This document shows positions 1 through 9,611 of a stretch of 27,206 nucleotides of DNA, piece by piece; positions within the stretch are counted from its first letter, which is position 1; each line of letters opens with the position of its first letter. The stretch lies in the IMG/VR virus record IMGVR_UViG_3300039216_000224, positions 1 to 27,206 of that record, one strand, 5' to 3'. Under the pieces are notes generated by a model that had not been told where the DNA came from, searched no databases, and saw nothing but the letters and a program-made list of their open reading frames with translations. Both the position numbers and the translations under genes were made by a program. The DNA is from a virus. Its lineage: Duplodnaviria > Caudoviricetes.

Positions 1-2
1 CC

Positions 3-200
3 GCCCCTATCGCCTTCCCGACGCCCCTCAGCGCGGCGCAGTTGAACGCTACTGCATCCGTGCCCGGAACCTATGCGTATTCACCCGGCCCAGGAGCCGT
101 GCTGCCTGCCGGCACACACCGCCTGTCAGTTGTTTTCACCCCAACCGATGCTTTCGGGTACGAGACGGCATCGTCCAGTACCACGCTTACGGTCAACTAG
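3..200 (+). CDS. 3' end of a surface protein ending in an Ig-like (Big/MBG-type) repeat; 5' partial
   Basis: Hand translation of frame 3 gives APIAFPTPLSAAQLNATASVPGTYAYSPGPGAVLPAGTHRLSVVFTPTDAFGYETASSSTTLTVN* (TAG 198-200). It resembles the 'LSAAQLNATASVPGTF.YSP..G..L..G...LSVTFTPTD' repeat I recall from Acidobacteria surface proteins. Not in the ORF track. Confidence 0.8.
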   Translation, partial: APIAFPTPLSAAQLNATASVPGTYAYSPGPGAVLPAGTHRLSVVFTPTDAFGYETASSSTTLTVN

Positions 201-317
201 GCGAGACGGAAGAACGATGGCTTGAGGGTCGCCGGTGGGGTGGCCCTCAGATTTACCGAAAAGCGCCGTAAAGCCCCTCCATGATTCACAGGATACAGGG
301 TGCAAAGAATGCGCAAA

Positions 318-356
318 CTCAAAAGGCCAATCCCTCTCGGAACTGGCCTTTTTGAG
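318..356. terminator. Probable bidirectional intrinsic terminator
   Basis: ctcAAAAGGCCA-14 nt-TGGCCTTTTTgag stem with A and T tracts, lying between two convergent genes. A second GC hairpin sits at about 223-249. Confidence 0.65.
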
Positions 357-406
357 CTTTAGGGCCACCGCCCCCTAGAAACAGTGGCTAACCTAAATCG
401 TTGATT

Positions 407-2251
407 TTACGACGGGGAAACAAATGCTCCGATGCCCGTGATCACTCCCAAAAGGCCGGGGAAGTGATGAGCTAAGGTTTCATGGACATATGTCCCAAAA
501 TTCCATGCACGGAACACCGGCGGCCATTCGATGCCGTAGTAGTCGCGCTGAACCAACATGCCGTAGATGTACGGCAGGCGGCTGTGCGAGTAGCCAGGCG
601 GCACGGTCCGGATGTTGAACAGCAGCGTTCCGGGCGGGATCATCGGGTGAATGCGGATGGGAATTGCATTCGCACCGGTGGGGTTGCCAACGGCGTAGCG
701 GCTCTGATAGCCGGATACGACGAAGCCGCCCAGGATGTTGTTCTGAGTATCGCGCTGGAGGATGATCTGGTAGCCGGTTGCCGAGGCGCCGCCGTAACGG
801 ACAGCATTGTCCAGGCACTCGACCGCGATCAGATCGCCCCAGATTTCGTCGATGCCCGTCTGGAAGATCGTGAACAGGGTCTGCAGCATGGTTTCGACTT
901 CGAGAACCTTGCCGTTTCCGAGCGAAGTCAGGGAGTTCGATCCGCTTGGACCCGCGCCGAACTGATTCACCCACTGGCCGTAGGTGGCGGCCCAGGCGAA
1001 CAATCCGTCCATGTCGTAGGGGTTGGCCGATTCGTCAACATTCCCGCCGGCGGCTACGAACGCGGAGGCGGTTGTCGTTACGGTCGGGGGCGTGCTGATG
1101 GTCACCGTCGGGAACTGTGTGATGGCGTAGAGATAAGCGCCAGCCGTGCTGCCGGTATTGGTGGCCTCGTAGTCTACAAACCACGCATAGCCGCCCATGG
1201 CGCCGACTTTCGGCGTGACGGTGGCTACGACGTTGAGAGTGGCGGTGACTTGAAACGGAGTTGCCGAGTTGGACATTGCCGACAATGCCGACGTGCCGCC
1301 GGCGATCGAGATCGGCTGATTGGTGCCGGGCGCGTTGTACTGGAACGTCGGAGTCAGGCCGCCGGCCACGGTAAGAGGCGCATTGTAGTAGCCGTACTGC
1401 GCGTTCTGCGGGTTTCCCATGGCGGTAAGGGCCACGCACCAGACGGAGACGTAGTGACCGGATGTGAGCGTTCCGGCCGGCGTAAGCGCGGTCCCGGCAA
1501 CTACGGTCGGAGTCGGGCCGGTGCCGAGTTGGAAGCCGTTCGAGCCGGTTCCGTTGCCGCCGTTGCCGTTCAGAATCTGCGCCTCTTCGGCGAGGAACAG
1601 AGCCAGAAGGCCGTCCAGACGCTCGGTAGCCAGGTTGTCGTTGAATCCCTCGCCGGCAAACTCCGCCGTGTAGGTGACCTGGTTTTCCTTGCCGAACTCC
1701 TTGTAGGTCGCAATGCAGGGGACCATGTTCGGCGCTGTGATCTGGGCGCGCTGCGCTTCCGGCACGCCGGGATAGGCGTATCCGGGCGCGGTGATGCGCT
1801 GCCAGTGAGCAGCCGTGCCGACGCCAGAATTCGGAGGAGCCGGACGCGGGGTCATGTTGCGGAACGGCGTGTAGAACGGATAAAGCAGTTCGACCGGGCC
1901 GCGGAGGTCGTAGAAGTTGAATCCGATCGAGGATGTGACGCCGGTCTTGGCCATCTTCTGCCCGGCCTTCATCACTTCCCAGATGCGGTGCTTCGCCATC
2001 TCGGCGCCCTCATTGTAGAGGGCCATGCGCTTGTTGGTTTCGGCTGTATCGGCCGGATTGCCCGGCAGTTTGAGGGAGCCGACAGCGCCCTTGACGCGCA
2101 ACATATCGTTCAAGGTCTTGCTGTGCTTCTTTTGCAGGTTGCCCACCCACGTTTTGACTGCGGCCTCCTGCTGCGCCGTGAATCCCCTGTAGACATCGTC
2201 CGTCAGGACGATCTCGCCCATGCCGCGAGTGAAAACTGGTGTGCCAAACAT
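407..2251 (-). CDS. Major capsid protein with a T/G/A-rich beta insertion
   Basis: 614 aa, directly downstream of the protease/scaffold gene. GAGGAG RBS 9 nt upstream, strong GC3 bias. The motif YDLRGPVELLYPFYTPFRNMTPR resembles a phage capsid family (DL..P...LYP..TP.RN..PR). Confidence 0.75.
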   Translation of the reverse strand: MFGTPVFTRGMGEIVLTDDVYRGFTAQQEAAVKTWVGNLQKKHSKTLNDMLRVKGAVGSLKLPGNPADTAETNKRMALYNEGAEMAKHRIWEVMKAGQKMAKTGVTSSIGFNFYDLRGPVELLYPFYTPFRNMTPRPAPPNSGVGTAAHWQRITAPGYAYPGVPEAQRAQITAPNMVPCIATYKEFGKENQVTYTAEFAGEGFNDNLATERLDGLLALFLAEEAQILNGNGGNGTGSNGFQLGTGPTPTVVAGTALTPAGTLTSGHYVSVWCVALTAMGNPQNAQYGYYNAPLTVAGGLTPTFQYNAPGTNQPISIAGGTSALSAMSNSATPFQVTATLNVVATVTPKVGAMGGYAWFVDYEATNTGSTAGAYLYAITQFPTVTISTPPTVTTTASAFVAAGGNVDESANPYDMDGLFAWAATYGQWVNQFGAGPSGSNSLTSLGNGKVLEVETMLQTLFTIFQTGIDEIWGDLIAVECLDNAVRYGGASATGYQIILQRDTQNNILGGFVVSGYQSRYAVGNPTGANAIPIRIHPMIPPGTLLFNIRTVPPGYSHSRLPYIYGMLVQRDYYGIEWPPVFRAWNFGTYVHETLAHHFPGLLGVITGIGAFVSPS

Positions 2252-2326
2252 CCTGGTACCCTCCTCGTGTTTTGCTTGCCTTCGGGACGCGCCACCGGGG
2301 TGACGCGCCTTTTCGTGAACTGCCCG

Positions 2327-4267
2327 TTACTTGATGAAATCGAAGAGCTTCGTTGCGCCCGTCAATTCGCCTTCGTCCTGCTGGCTCTTGTCCAGTTGGC
2401 CGGCACGCGGAACCGCGTAGATGTTCCCGTTGTCTCCGCCCGCCTCAACGCCGACCGCGATCGATGCGTTGTTGGCTGCCGCGTTGAGCTTTGCCACGGC
2501 CTGGGCGTCGAGCGATTCGCGCACCTTTTTGGCATATTCGGGCGATGCGTAGTACTCGCCCTGAATGCGAGCGTAGGCATTTTTCTCCACTTCGCTCATG
2601 TTGGTCACGTCAACCTCCACGGGAGCCGCATTGCTCTTCCGAATTGCAGGCTTGGCCTCGCGCACGGTCTTGAATTGCGCGGCCAGCGCGGTTTTCTTTT
2701 CCGGCGTGTCGGCGAAGTCCTCGGCGCACTTCGCGCACTTGGCGGCCATTTCCGAATGGGCCTTGTGCATGGCCGTGTGGTGCTCGGCCTTGGCCAGGTG
2801 ATGCTCATGCGTGGCCTTGGCAATATCGGCGTGCATCTTGTGATGCTCCTCGTGCTCGCCGCCGTCTGCGGCCGCCTTCTTGAAGTGCTCGTGAGCGGCC
2901 TTGTGAACGGCGGCCTGAGCCGTGTGGTGTTCCGCCATTGCTTTGTGGGCATCGGCCAGAACTTCGTTATGCGCAGCCTGATCGACAAGATGGCCGGTCA
3001 TCACGTCGCCGACATTCTCGGGCAGTTCGACTTCCTTTTTCATCGTGGTCACCTTCCCGGCCTTTTTCGCGGCCGCTACCAGTTCCGCGGTTTCTTCCTG
3101 CGCCATGCGAAGGAAAGTCTCCGAGAGACTGATCAGATTTTCTTCCAATTCCTCGGGAATGTCGGACTCATCGCCCTCGTAGTCCCGTTCTTGAATCGCA
3201 CTATACCGCAACCATGCAATCCGTTGGAGTACCTCGGCAAAGTTCGCCACATCGAACAAATCCTTGCGCAGCGTGATACCCGCGCCCGCGGCCTTGGCGT
3301 GGATGCTTTCCTTGATGCGCTGACTTTCAGCCTTGATGAAGCTCCGGTCAAGCGTCAGGACCTCGGCCTTGTCCTCGTCCTCGGAGACTTCGATTCCGTG
3401 CTCCTTGGCCGCGGCGATGATCTTGGCCTTGACTTTAGCCTTTTCATCGGCGGGAATGCCCTTAGTCGAAGCGAAGCGGGCGAGAGCATTTACGATGTGG
3501 CGCTTGGTTTTCTCCTCGGTCGAGAACTTGATGGGGAGCTTCCAGGTTTCCGTCTTTTCCGGATCTCCGACGTGGGCGAAGCAATCGGCCGTCAGGTCTT
3601 CCCCGGCCACGCGCTTGGTCTTCTTTTCGTCCTTATCCACTTTTACCTCCACCGGCACCGTCGAGCCATCGGCCTTGATGTGAAGAATGTTCGCCACCGG
3701 GACCGCCGGCCGGTCGCACACGGAAAGTTCGGCAATCGTGGCGCCGTACCGTACCGGGACCGTTTCCTTGCAGGCCGGGCACCAGTTGTTGCCCTGCTCA
3801 TTGGGTAGCTGCTCACCACAAACGTCGCATTTGCGCCAGTCGTAGCGGCCGCCAAAGCTGAACCCTTTTAAGATCCCCTTGGCGACCATGTCCCAGGTTT
3901 TCGTATCGCCGACGTTCATCAGGTATGTTCCGCCGCCGATGGTTTTTCGCCCGTCGTCCATGTTCAGGGCGATCACCTTGCCGGTCGGAAGGGTCATGTG
4001 GGAGAACCGAACATTGCCGAGGGATTCTTCCATCCCCGCCGCGGCGGCTATCGACTTCTCATTGTCGGACCAGGCCTGAACGCGCCCCTTCTGATAGGCG
4101 TAGTCGGCTATTTCATTGTCGGAATCCCGAACCTCGGCGGTGAATGTGCCCCAGGCTTCCTGCTTGGCCTCATCCACCTTTTCGATGGGAACAGCCTTCA
4201 GGAACTCGCCGGGTTTGATGGTCTGCTGCACATCTAGGGATATACAACAGGCATGGCAACCGCGCAA
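2327..4267 (-). CDS. Prohead protease/scaffold fusion (XkdF-like N-terminus, central DUF6582-like motif, His-rich helical region); true start possibly GTG near 4231
   Basis: IEKVDE..QEAWGTFTAEVRDSDNE, NVRFSH, KGFSFGG and ELSVCDRPA are typical prohead protease motifs. The middle reads VGDPEKTETWKLPI...HIVNALARF. It lies between portal and capsid. Confidence 0.75.
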   Translation of the reverse strand: MRGCHACCISLDVQQTIKPGEFLKAVPIEKVDEAKQEAWGTFTAEVRDSDNEIADYAYQKGRVQAWSDNEKSIAAAAGMEESLGNVRFSHMTLPTGKVIALNMDDGRKTIGGGTYLMNVGDTKTWDMVAKGILKGFSFGGRYDWRKCDVCGEQLPNEQGNNWCPACKETVPVRYGATIAELSVCDRPAVPVANILHIKADGSTVPVEVKVDKDEKKTKRVAGEDLTADCFAHVGDPEKTETWKLPIKFSTEEKTKRHIVNALARFASTKGIPADEKAKVKAKIIAAAKEHGIEVSEDEDKAEVLTLDRSFIKAESQRIKESIHAKAAGAGITLRKDLFDVANFAEVLQRIAWLRYSAIQERDYEGDESDIPEELEENLISLSETFLRMAQEETAELVAAAKKAGKVTTMKKEVELPENVGDVMTGHLVDQAAHNEVLADAHKAMAEHHTAQAAVHKAAHEHFKKAAADGGEHEEHHKMHADIAKATHEHHLAKAEHHTAMHKAHSEMAAKCAKCAEDFADTPEKKTALAAQFKTVREAKPAIRKSNAAPVEVDVTNMSEVEKNAYARIQGEYYASPEYAKKVRESLDAQAVAKLNAAANNASIAVGVEAGGDNGNIYAVPRAGQLDKSQQDEGELTGATKLFDFIK

Positions 4268-4276
4268 TGATGGGGG

Positions 4277-4624
4277 TTAACTGGCAGTTTTTACGACTTT
4301 TGCGAGTTGCCGCATGAGGCGACGGGCGCGCTTTCTCCGCTTGCCGGGTAGATGCTCTGCTGCGGATTTGGGACTTTGGTTTCCAACTGCCCCCACCAAC
4401 TTATCGAGCATCCGAACCTTGAAATTCTCGCGGAGGCTTTCCTGTAGGCGTTGGACTCGATCCTGTTGTATCCCCTTGCGCCCCGTACCGCCCGCCCCGT
4501 ACAGCCGCTGCCGCCAGAACCAGCGGATGGGTTCGGGGACGGTTTCGTCATGAATCAGCCGCCTCTGCTCATCGAGCGTCGGCTCAACGTATTGCTTTGC
4601 GGGTTCAACTTTGGTATCTGGCAT
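4277..4624 (-). CDS. Hypothetical basic protein
   Basis: 115 aa ATG ORF filling the gap in a same-strand gene run; Arg/Lys-rich C-terminus. Confidence 0.6.
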   Translation of the reverse strand: MPDTKVEPAKQYVEPTLDEQRRLIHDETVPEPIRWFWRQRLYGAGGTGRKGIQQDRVQRLQESLRENFKVRMLDKLVGAVGNQSPKSAAEHLPGKRRKRARRLMRQLAKVVKTAS

Positions 4625-4702
4625 GTTTACTCTTTGGGTTCAAGCGATGAAATAAAGTTTCGGAGGTGAAAAAGGGCCTCTAGATGTGCCAGTTTGCTAG
4701 CC

Positions 4703-5221
4703 TCACTTCCAAAAGTGTTGCACGACGAGTATGGCGACAGCCACAATCAAAGGCCAGAACTTCTCAATAAACCCTTGCTCGCCGGATGCGGTATCGCGAC
4801 TCTTGGTCAGGTCGGAAATCTTAGCGTCATAACTCTTCGCCAATTCGGCAATCTTAGCGTCGTTATACGCGGCGCCCTTCATAATGTCTTCTCTGAGCCG
4901 CGCATGTTGTTGCTCGTACTGTTCACGGTTTACAAAAGTTCCACGCTCATTATCGATCTGCTTGCGCATCTCGTTCATTTCATGCAAGCGGCGGTCAGTT
5001 TCAGCCTTTGCAATGGAGAGAGCGTTTCCTTCTAGGCGATGCGTATCCGGGTGTGCTTCCTGCCATTTCTCCGTTAACGATATGCGAACGCATAGCCCCG
5101 GTATCTCATCGTGAAGTTTCTCAAATTCCCTTGAGGTATGTTCGCAAGCCGCCACGCGCTCACTGAGTGCGGTCATCGTGTCTCCGAGTCTTGCCGCTAC
5201 GTCCACCGCGTTAAAGTCCAT
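4703..5221 (-). CDS. Coiled-coil protein with a C-terminal transmembrane anchor (possibly holin-like)
   Basis: 172 aa with a helical charged body, ending FWPLIVAVAILVVQHFWK. Confidence 0.65.
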   Translation of the reverse strand: MDFNAVDVAARLGDTMTALSERVAACEHTSREFEKLHDEIPGLCVRISLTEKWQEAHPDTHRLEGNALSIAKAETDRRLHEMNEMRKQIDNERGTFVNREQYEQQHARLREDIMKGAAYNDAKIAELAKSYDAKISDLTKSRDTASGEQGFIEKFWPLIVAVAILVVQHFWK

Positions 5222-5230
5222 GAGGCTCGC

Positions 5231-5533
5231 TCACTCTTCCTTTTTCCCCGCGCCTTCGATTGCCGGATTTGACGCGGGCTTAGGCTCTGCTTTTGGCTTC
5301 TGCGGTTCGAGCAAATCAAGCCAATGCGAACATTCCTGTATCGCGCCTTCAAAAGCATTGACGTTCGCAACCGCCTGCTCTTTGCCGGCCTTCAATTCAG
5401 CCAGACGCTGCTCAAGCATCTGGCGGGTAATCGCGGGCTTGTCCGTCTTTGCGGGCGGCACTGCTTGCGCGGTTTGGGCGGGCATCGGGAGACACCCGCC
5501 CATCAGCAGAATTGCCAGGTAGATCCGGCGCAT
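5231..5533 (-). CDS. Secreted small coiled-coil protein
   Basis: Signal peptide MRRIYLAILLMGGCLPMPA; its start overlaps the upstream stop (TAATG). Confidence 0.65.
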   Translation of the reverse strand: MRRIYLAILLMGGCLPMPAQTAQAVPPAKTDKPAITRQMLEQRLAELKAGKEQAVANVNAFEGAIQECSHWLDLLEPQKPKAEPKPASNPAIEGAGKKEE

Positions 5534-6567
5534 TAGCTTGCTCCGGCGTAGTAGCGCAGATAAACGTCAGTTCCTGACACCTTGATCTTCAGGTACCCGC
5601 TCACAGCCGCACTCGCTCCGCTTCCGGGGATGATGTAGCCGCCGCCATTGTCGGTCAAATCCATCAGCCTCGTGGCCTTTGAGTAGCCGTAGATCAGGGA
5701 GTTGAATGTCGCCGCAGTTGTGTTGGTGATAACCATCGAATCGCAGAACGCGCAGGCCCCTGAAGGTGCGGTTGCGCCGGCGTCGGACCAGATCGGCGCA
5801 ATATGGGCAGCCCCGGTGAGCGTGGCCGAGGATAGATCAAGCTGGCCAAGCAGGCCGAACATCCAGAGCGCGCCGCCGTTGACGGTGCCCTGAACGATCA
5901 GTTTTCCCTGAGCGCCGTACACATATCCGTTCGTGGCCGTGGTTCCGGATGGCAATGTAGCCACGCCGCGAATGCCTACCAGGCTGTTGCCGCCGTTCGC
6001 GTATCCGGTATTCGTGGTTGTAACCTGCCCGATGATCGAGCGCACATTCCCCGGCGCCGCGGTGGATACGGTTGTGGTAGTCGTGATTGCGTTCACCGGA
6101 AGATTCAATACGATTTGCGTGGCCGGAGTTCCCTGCGCGATCCAGGCCGTCGCGCCCGCCACGGTTTTGCATCCCCAGCCCTGATACGGGGGAAGAGAAT
6201 CATTCTGCTGAAATGCGGCGCCTATAGCGCATGGAATCGTCGGCGTTCCCATGCCGCTCAATGTTGACCCTGCCGGAGCGACGTAATTGTCCCAGTCATA
6301 GGTTGACGTGGAAATCGTTACCCCCGGTACGGTAAGAATCGTTTGCGCACCCGTGGTAATCGTGACGGTCGCAGTTCCCTCGGTGAAGCTGCCGGAGAAT
6401 GCCCCATTGGTGATCGTGGCGCAGGCCCCGTTGAAGCACCATTGACCCGTCTGGAGCGGGAAGGAAACCGGGTAATTGACCTGAGTACCGCTGATGGTTG
6501 TGGGCGTGGCGAACGCGACCATGGGCAAGATGACCGCGAGGACGATGGCTGCAAGTGACCTTTTCAT
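5533..6567 (-). CDS. Secreted T/G/A-rich beta-structure protein
   Basis: Signal peptide MKRSLAAIVLAVILPMVAFA, GAGGAG RBS, ATGA overlap with the upstream gene; several Cys pairs. Confidence 0.75.
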   Translation of the reverse strand: MKRSLAAIVLAVILPMVAFATPTTISGTQVNYPVSFPLQTGQWCFNGACATITNGAFSGSFTEGTATVTITTGAQTILTVPGVTISTSTYDWDNYVAPAGSTLSGMGTPTIPCAIGAAFQQNDSLPPYQGWGCKTVAGATAWIAQGTPATQIVLNLPVNAITTTTTVSTAAPGNVRSIIGQVTTTNTGYANGGNSLVGIRGVATLPSGTTATNGYVYGAQGKLIVQGTVNGGALWMFGLLGQLDLSSATLTGAAHIAPIWSDAGATAPSGACAFCDSMVITNTTAATFNSLIYGYSKATRLMDLTDNGGGYIIPGSGASAAVSGYLKIKVSGTDVYLRYYAGAS

Positions 6568-6815
6568 GATCGTTTCTCCTCGTTACTGTTTTGGTTCACA
6601 ACTCCAAATTCTGTTGACTGGTCGTTTGGATCAGGGTCAATCCAGATCGCAGACCGTTCATCGATCGCGGTCGCTTTGATTATCCCACCCTCGCGGACGA
6701 ACCGGAAAAGAAGGCGCTTGTCCGGGTCGACGATCTCTTTGAGCACACCGGCTGAGATCAGGACGCCGTCAATCTCGATCGTGCCGAGCCGTTCCGAAAA
6801 GCGGATGCGCATCAT
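6564..6815 (-). CDS. Hypothetical protein
   Basis: 83 aa, GGAGG RBS, ATGA coupling on both sides. Confidence 0.65.
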   Translation of the reverse strand: MMRIRFSERLGTIEIDGVLISAGVLKEIVDPDKRLLFRFVREGGIIKATAIDERSAIWIDPDPNDQSTEFGVVNQNSNEEKRS

Positions 6816-7105
6816 CCCTCCGTACTGCCCGGCACCAATGTCAACCTGTGTCCCGTCTGTTCTTTGCGAATGAACTCAGCAAAATCGTTGGCGACAGCCT
6901 CGGCCTCTCGATGGAAATCTTCGTCATCGAGAAAGAATCCGAAAAAATAGCCATCACAGTTGACCCGCAGTGAGAGCCTGCCTTTTGCCCGTTCAGTTTC
7001 GTCGCTGCCAAAATATTGGGCCAAGGTAATTACGTGATGACAACGCGCCGGCGGAGGACATAAAAACTCCAGCCGCTTCAACATATCAATTAAGAACTGC
7101 CTCAT
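6812..7105 (-). CDS. Hypothetical protein
   Basis: 97 aa, starting 1 nt after the portal stop and overlapping the next start. Confidence 0.6.
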   Translation of the reverse strand: MRQFLIDMLKRLEFLCPPPARCHHVITLAQYFGSDETERAKGRLSLRVNCDGYFFGFFLDDEDFHREAEAVANDFAEFIRKEQTGHRLTLVPGSTEG

Positions 7106-7106
7106 C

Positions 7107-9542
7107 TCATGCGCTCACTTTCTTCGGTGGATTGAGGTGGACGATACGAAGGGCGCACAAACACGCGGGGTGCTGCGGCGGTGCAACATCTCCCGATGGA
7201 AATGCCTCACCGACCGGCACCTGGCCGGCCTCTGCATTCTCATCGCATTCATCGTCTACCTCGTGATCGGCCGACAGCACCCACTCAACCGCCTGAATCA
7301 CCCCGGTCTTCTTCCACGCTTCGATGTTGCCGCGGGCCATGGCGAACTTTACTTCGGTTGTGGCGATCAACTTTGCCCGCTTTTCGGAGAACACGCCGGC
7401 GGCCTGAATTCTCTGCACGAGCTCGCTCATCGGCGTTTCGCGCGAAAAAGCTTCGGTCAGGATTTCGCGGAGCATATTGCGCGTGGAGTCTGTGATGGCC
7501 ATGGCCGCGTTCGGGTTTTGGACCAAAACTCCATCGACCCACTTCATGCCCACCATTTCGGCGCCGCGGTCCCTGGCGTAATCCATGGCCACCTGGTTGA
7601 CATCGCTGATCGTCGCGCTGGCCGTTACGCGCACGGGCGTTGGCGAGAGAGTCACGGTCAGCGGTCCGGACTGAACCGCGCGCTCCGTCTGATCGAGACC
7701 TATTGCCGCTCCATCTAACGCTGCGTCCTGAATTGCGGGTTGAACCGCGGCCGGAAGCGCATCCCATTGAATGCTGCCCATGATGGCGTCGACGATCTGC
7801 TCAATCTGCTGCTGCTGAACCACGTCGGGTTCCGTATCCGCCTTCGCCATCTTGTGTACATGCGGGTCGACGATGACCATTGAAGATTTGATGTTGTGGA
7901 AGAAGTGATACATGCGGGCGAATAGTTGCGCTTCGGCCTGGCGGGCGCGGATCGTGTCGCGGCCCGGATTCAGAACCGGATCATCGTTGGATTTTGCTAC
8001 CTTCTGCTTGCCTTTTGGCGCGGGAGGTTCATCGTCCGGATTCGGCTCCCATCCCTTGCCGGGTTTGGCTGCCGGGGCGCTGGGCGTGGCGGGCAGTTGA
8101 TCGATCGGCATCCATCCGGTAGTGAGCCAGTTCCCTAACTGATCGGCTTCCGCCTCGGGCCGTGGGTCCCAGCCGCGGGCTACGCGCTTTTCGTTGATCG
8201 TGGCAATGCCCGACTTTAGATCGGTGGCGTCAATTTCTGCCTGCTTCGTCGGATCGGGATCTTGCGAAATGTCGAACTTGAATTCGTATTTCTGATATCC
8301 CATCTTGCGCTGGAGTGTAAAGTTGATAGCCTTTTCAACCCACTCACGGAACGGCGCAACTCCTTCCTCTTCGGCGGCTTCCTGATTGGTCTGAGCTGTT
8401 GCGCGATTTTGCATTTTTAGTAACCGCTGCGGGCTCACGCCATATCCGAAGCAGACCTTGCGCGTGTGTAGATCGTCGAATTCGTCCGATAGTTTCGGCT
8501 CCTCGAATTGCTTGATCAGGTCTTCCTTGGCGCTCTCCGAACTTCTGAACCCCTGGGCGAATCTAAACATCCGCCGCGCCTCAAGGTTGCCGCTCATGTC
8601 GGCATTTAGATAGTCCATTGCGGTCTTGACGACATCGGGCGAAGCGTCGGACGGAACTACCCAAAGGACATTTGGAATCGAACCGTCCTTGTAGAAGTTT
8701 GTGACGTAGCGGAGCCGCTGGATTCCGATTTCAAGCTCGGGGGCTAATTCTTCCGTGGGGGCCAGTCCGTAAAGTTGCGAGGCCACGTTTCCGACTTCAT
8801 AAACGATCTTGCGGGGCCGGTAAATCAACTGGTCGGTAGTTAGATTGACGCGAGGGATTCCATCCCAAAGCTGCTGATAAGCAGGGGCCGGAGACTGCGG
8901 GGTGTAGCCGTTCGCGTCCACCAGCCGAGTTATGTACGCACCCTGCATGACGCGCCATTCATACACTGTTCCATCCGGCGCTTTCCGAATCAAAAAGCAG
9001 CCCGCATCGATTCGCAGCATGTCGTCGATGAGCGGCTGTACCCAGTCCTGAAACTCATGCTCACCGTCTGGGCATGACATGAAGTCGGTCAGTTTTAGAA
9101 TTGTGTCGTCTTTAAGTTGCTTGGCTTCGCGCTCTTTCTGGTCTTCGCCAGGCTGCGTCCGAAGTTGAATCTTCCAGCCAAGAGAACTGATGATGTTCTC
9201 AACGTTGCTGATGCACATCCTTGCTAGCGGATACCGCGCCAGCGCCTGCAAATCGGCCGCCGTGTACCGCGAATCGGGCCGGGGTGTAAAGATGAGGTTC
9301 TGCCCCATCTGCATATTGAGGCCGAGCGGCTGGGCGTCAGGCGGTCCGAATGGGGCGACGGGCTGTAGGGGACTCGGAAAGTCCGTCGGCTTCATGCCGG
9401 GGATTACATCCGATGGGGCTTGGTACAAGCTACCCTGGAGCCGGGTAAGCATCTGCGCTAAAGCGCCGAGCGGTCTGACTACGGCCGCGCTCCCGGCCTT
9501 CTTGAAGACTGCGAGCTGATTGAGGTCCGCCACGATTCGCAA
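7107..9542 (-). CDS. Portal protein fused to a Mu gpF/SPP1 gp7-like minor head domain; probable start GTG 9533
   Basis: Portal motifs DDMLRIDAG, YGLAPTE, NFYKDGSIP and TINEKRVARGWDP. After a Pro/Lys linker comes the gpF signature RAKLIATTE...EWV...C...FPSG...PPQHPACLC. Confidence 0.85.
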   Translation of the reverse strand: MRIVADLNQLAVFKKAGSAAVVRPLGALAQMLTRLQGSLYQAPSDVIPGMKPTDFPSPLQPVAPFGPPDAQPLGLNMQMGQNLIFTPRPDSRYTAADLQALARYPLARMCISNVENIISSLGWKIQLRTQPGEDQKEREAKQLKDDTILKLTDFMSCPDGEHEFQDWVQPLIDDMLRIDAGCFLIRKAPDGTVYEWRVMQGAYITRLVDANGYTPQSPAPAYQQLWDGIPRVNLTTDQLIYRPRKIVYEVGNVASQLYGLAPTEELAPELEIGIQRLRYVTNFYKDGSIPNVLWVVPSDASPDVVKTAMDYLNADMSGNLEARRMFRFAQGFRSSESAKEDLIKQFEEPKLSDEFDDLHTRKVCFGYGVSPQRLLKMQNRATAQTNQEAAEEEGVAPFREWVEKAINFTLQRKMGYQKYEFKFDISQDPDPTKQAEIDATDLKSGIATINEKRVARGWDPRPEAEADQLGNWLTTGWMPIDQLPATPSAPAAKPGKGWEPNPDDEPPAPKGKQKVAKSNDDPVLNPGRDTIRARQAEAQLFARMYHFFHNIKSSMVIVDPHVHKMAKADTEPDVVQQQQIEQIVDAIMGSIQWDALPAAVQPAIQDAALDGAAIGLDQTERAVQSGPLTVTLSPTPVRVTASATISDVNQVAMDYARDRGAEMVGMKWVDGVLVQNPNAAMAITDSTRNMLREILTEAFSRETPMSELVQRIQAAGVFSEKRAKLIATTEVKFAMARGNIEAWKKTGVIQAVEWVLSADHEVDDECDENAEAGQVPVGEAFPSGDVAPPQHPACLCALRIVHLNPPKKVSA

Positions 9543-9611
9543 TCTATCACACGGCCGGAATCGGGGAAATGATGGGGAGTGTTACAAGAGGGCAATAGGC
9601 ATCGAAGCGTG

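Noticed and set aside
2252-2326. Protease and capsid are in the same frame with a stop-free 75-nt spacer and a hairpin (possible readthrough fusion)
   Set aside because: The stop is TAA, the capsid has its own strong RBS, and a stop-free GC-rich 25-codon spacer is not improbable. The hairpin more likely affects mRNA stability.
482-3808. 1108-aa plus-strand ORF antisense to capsid and protease
   Set aside because: It is codon-aligned with two same-frame, high-GC3 genes, which suppresses antisense stops. It has no recognisable motif.
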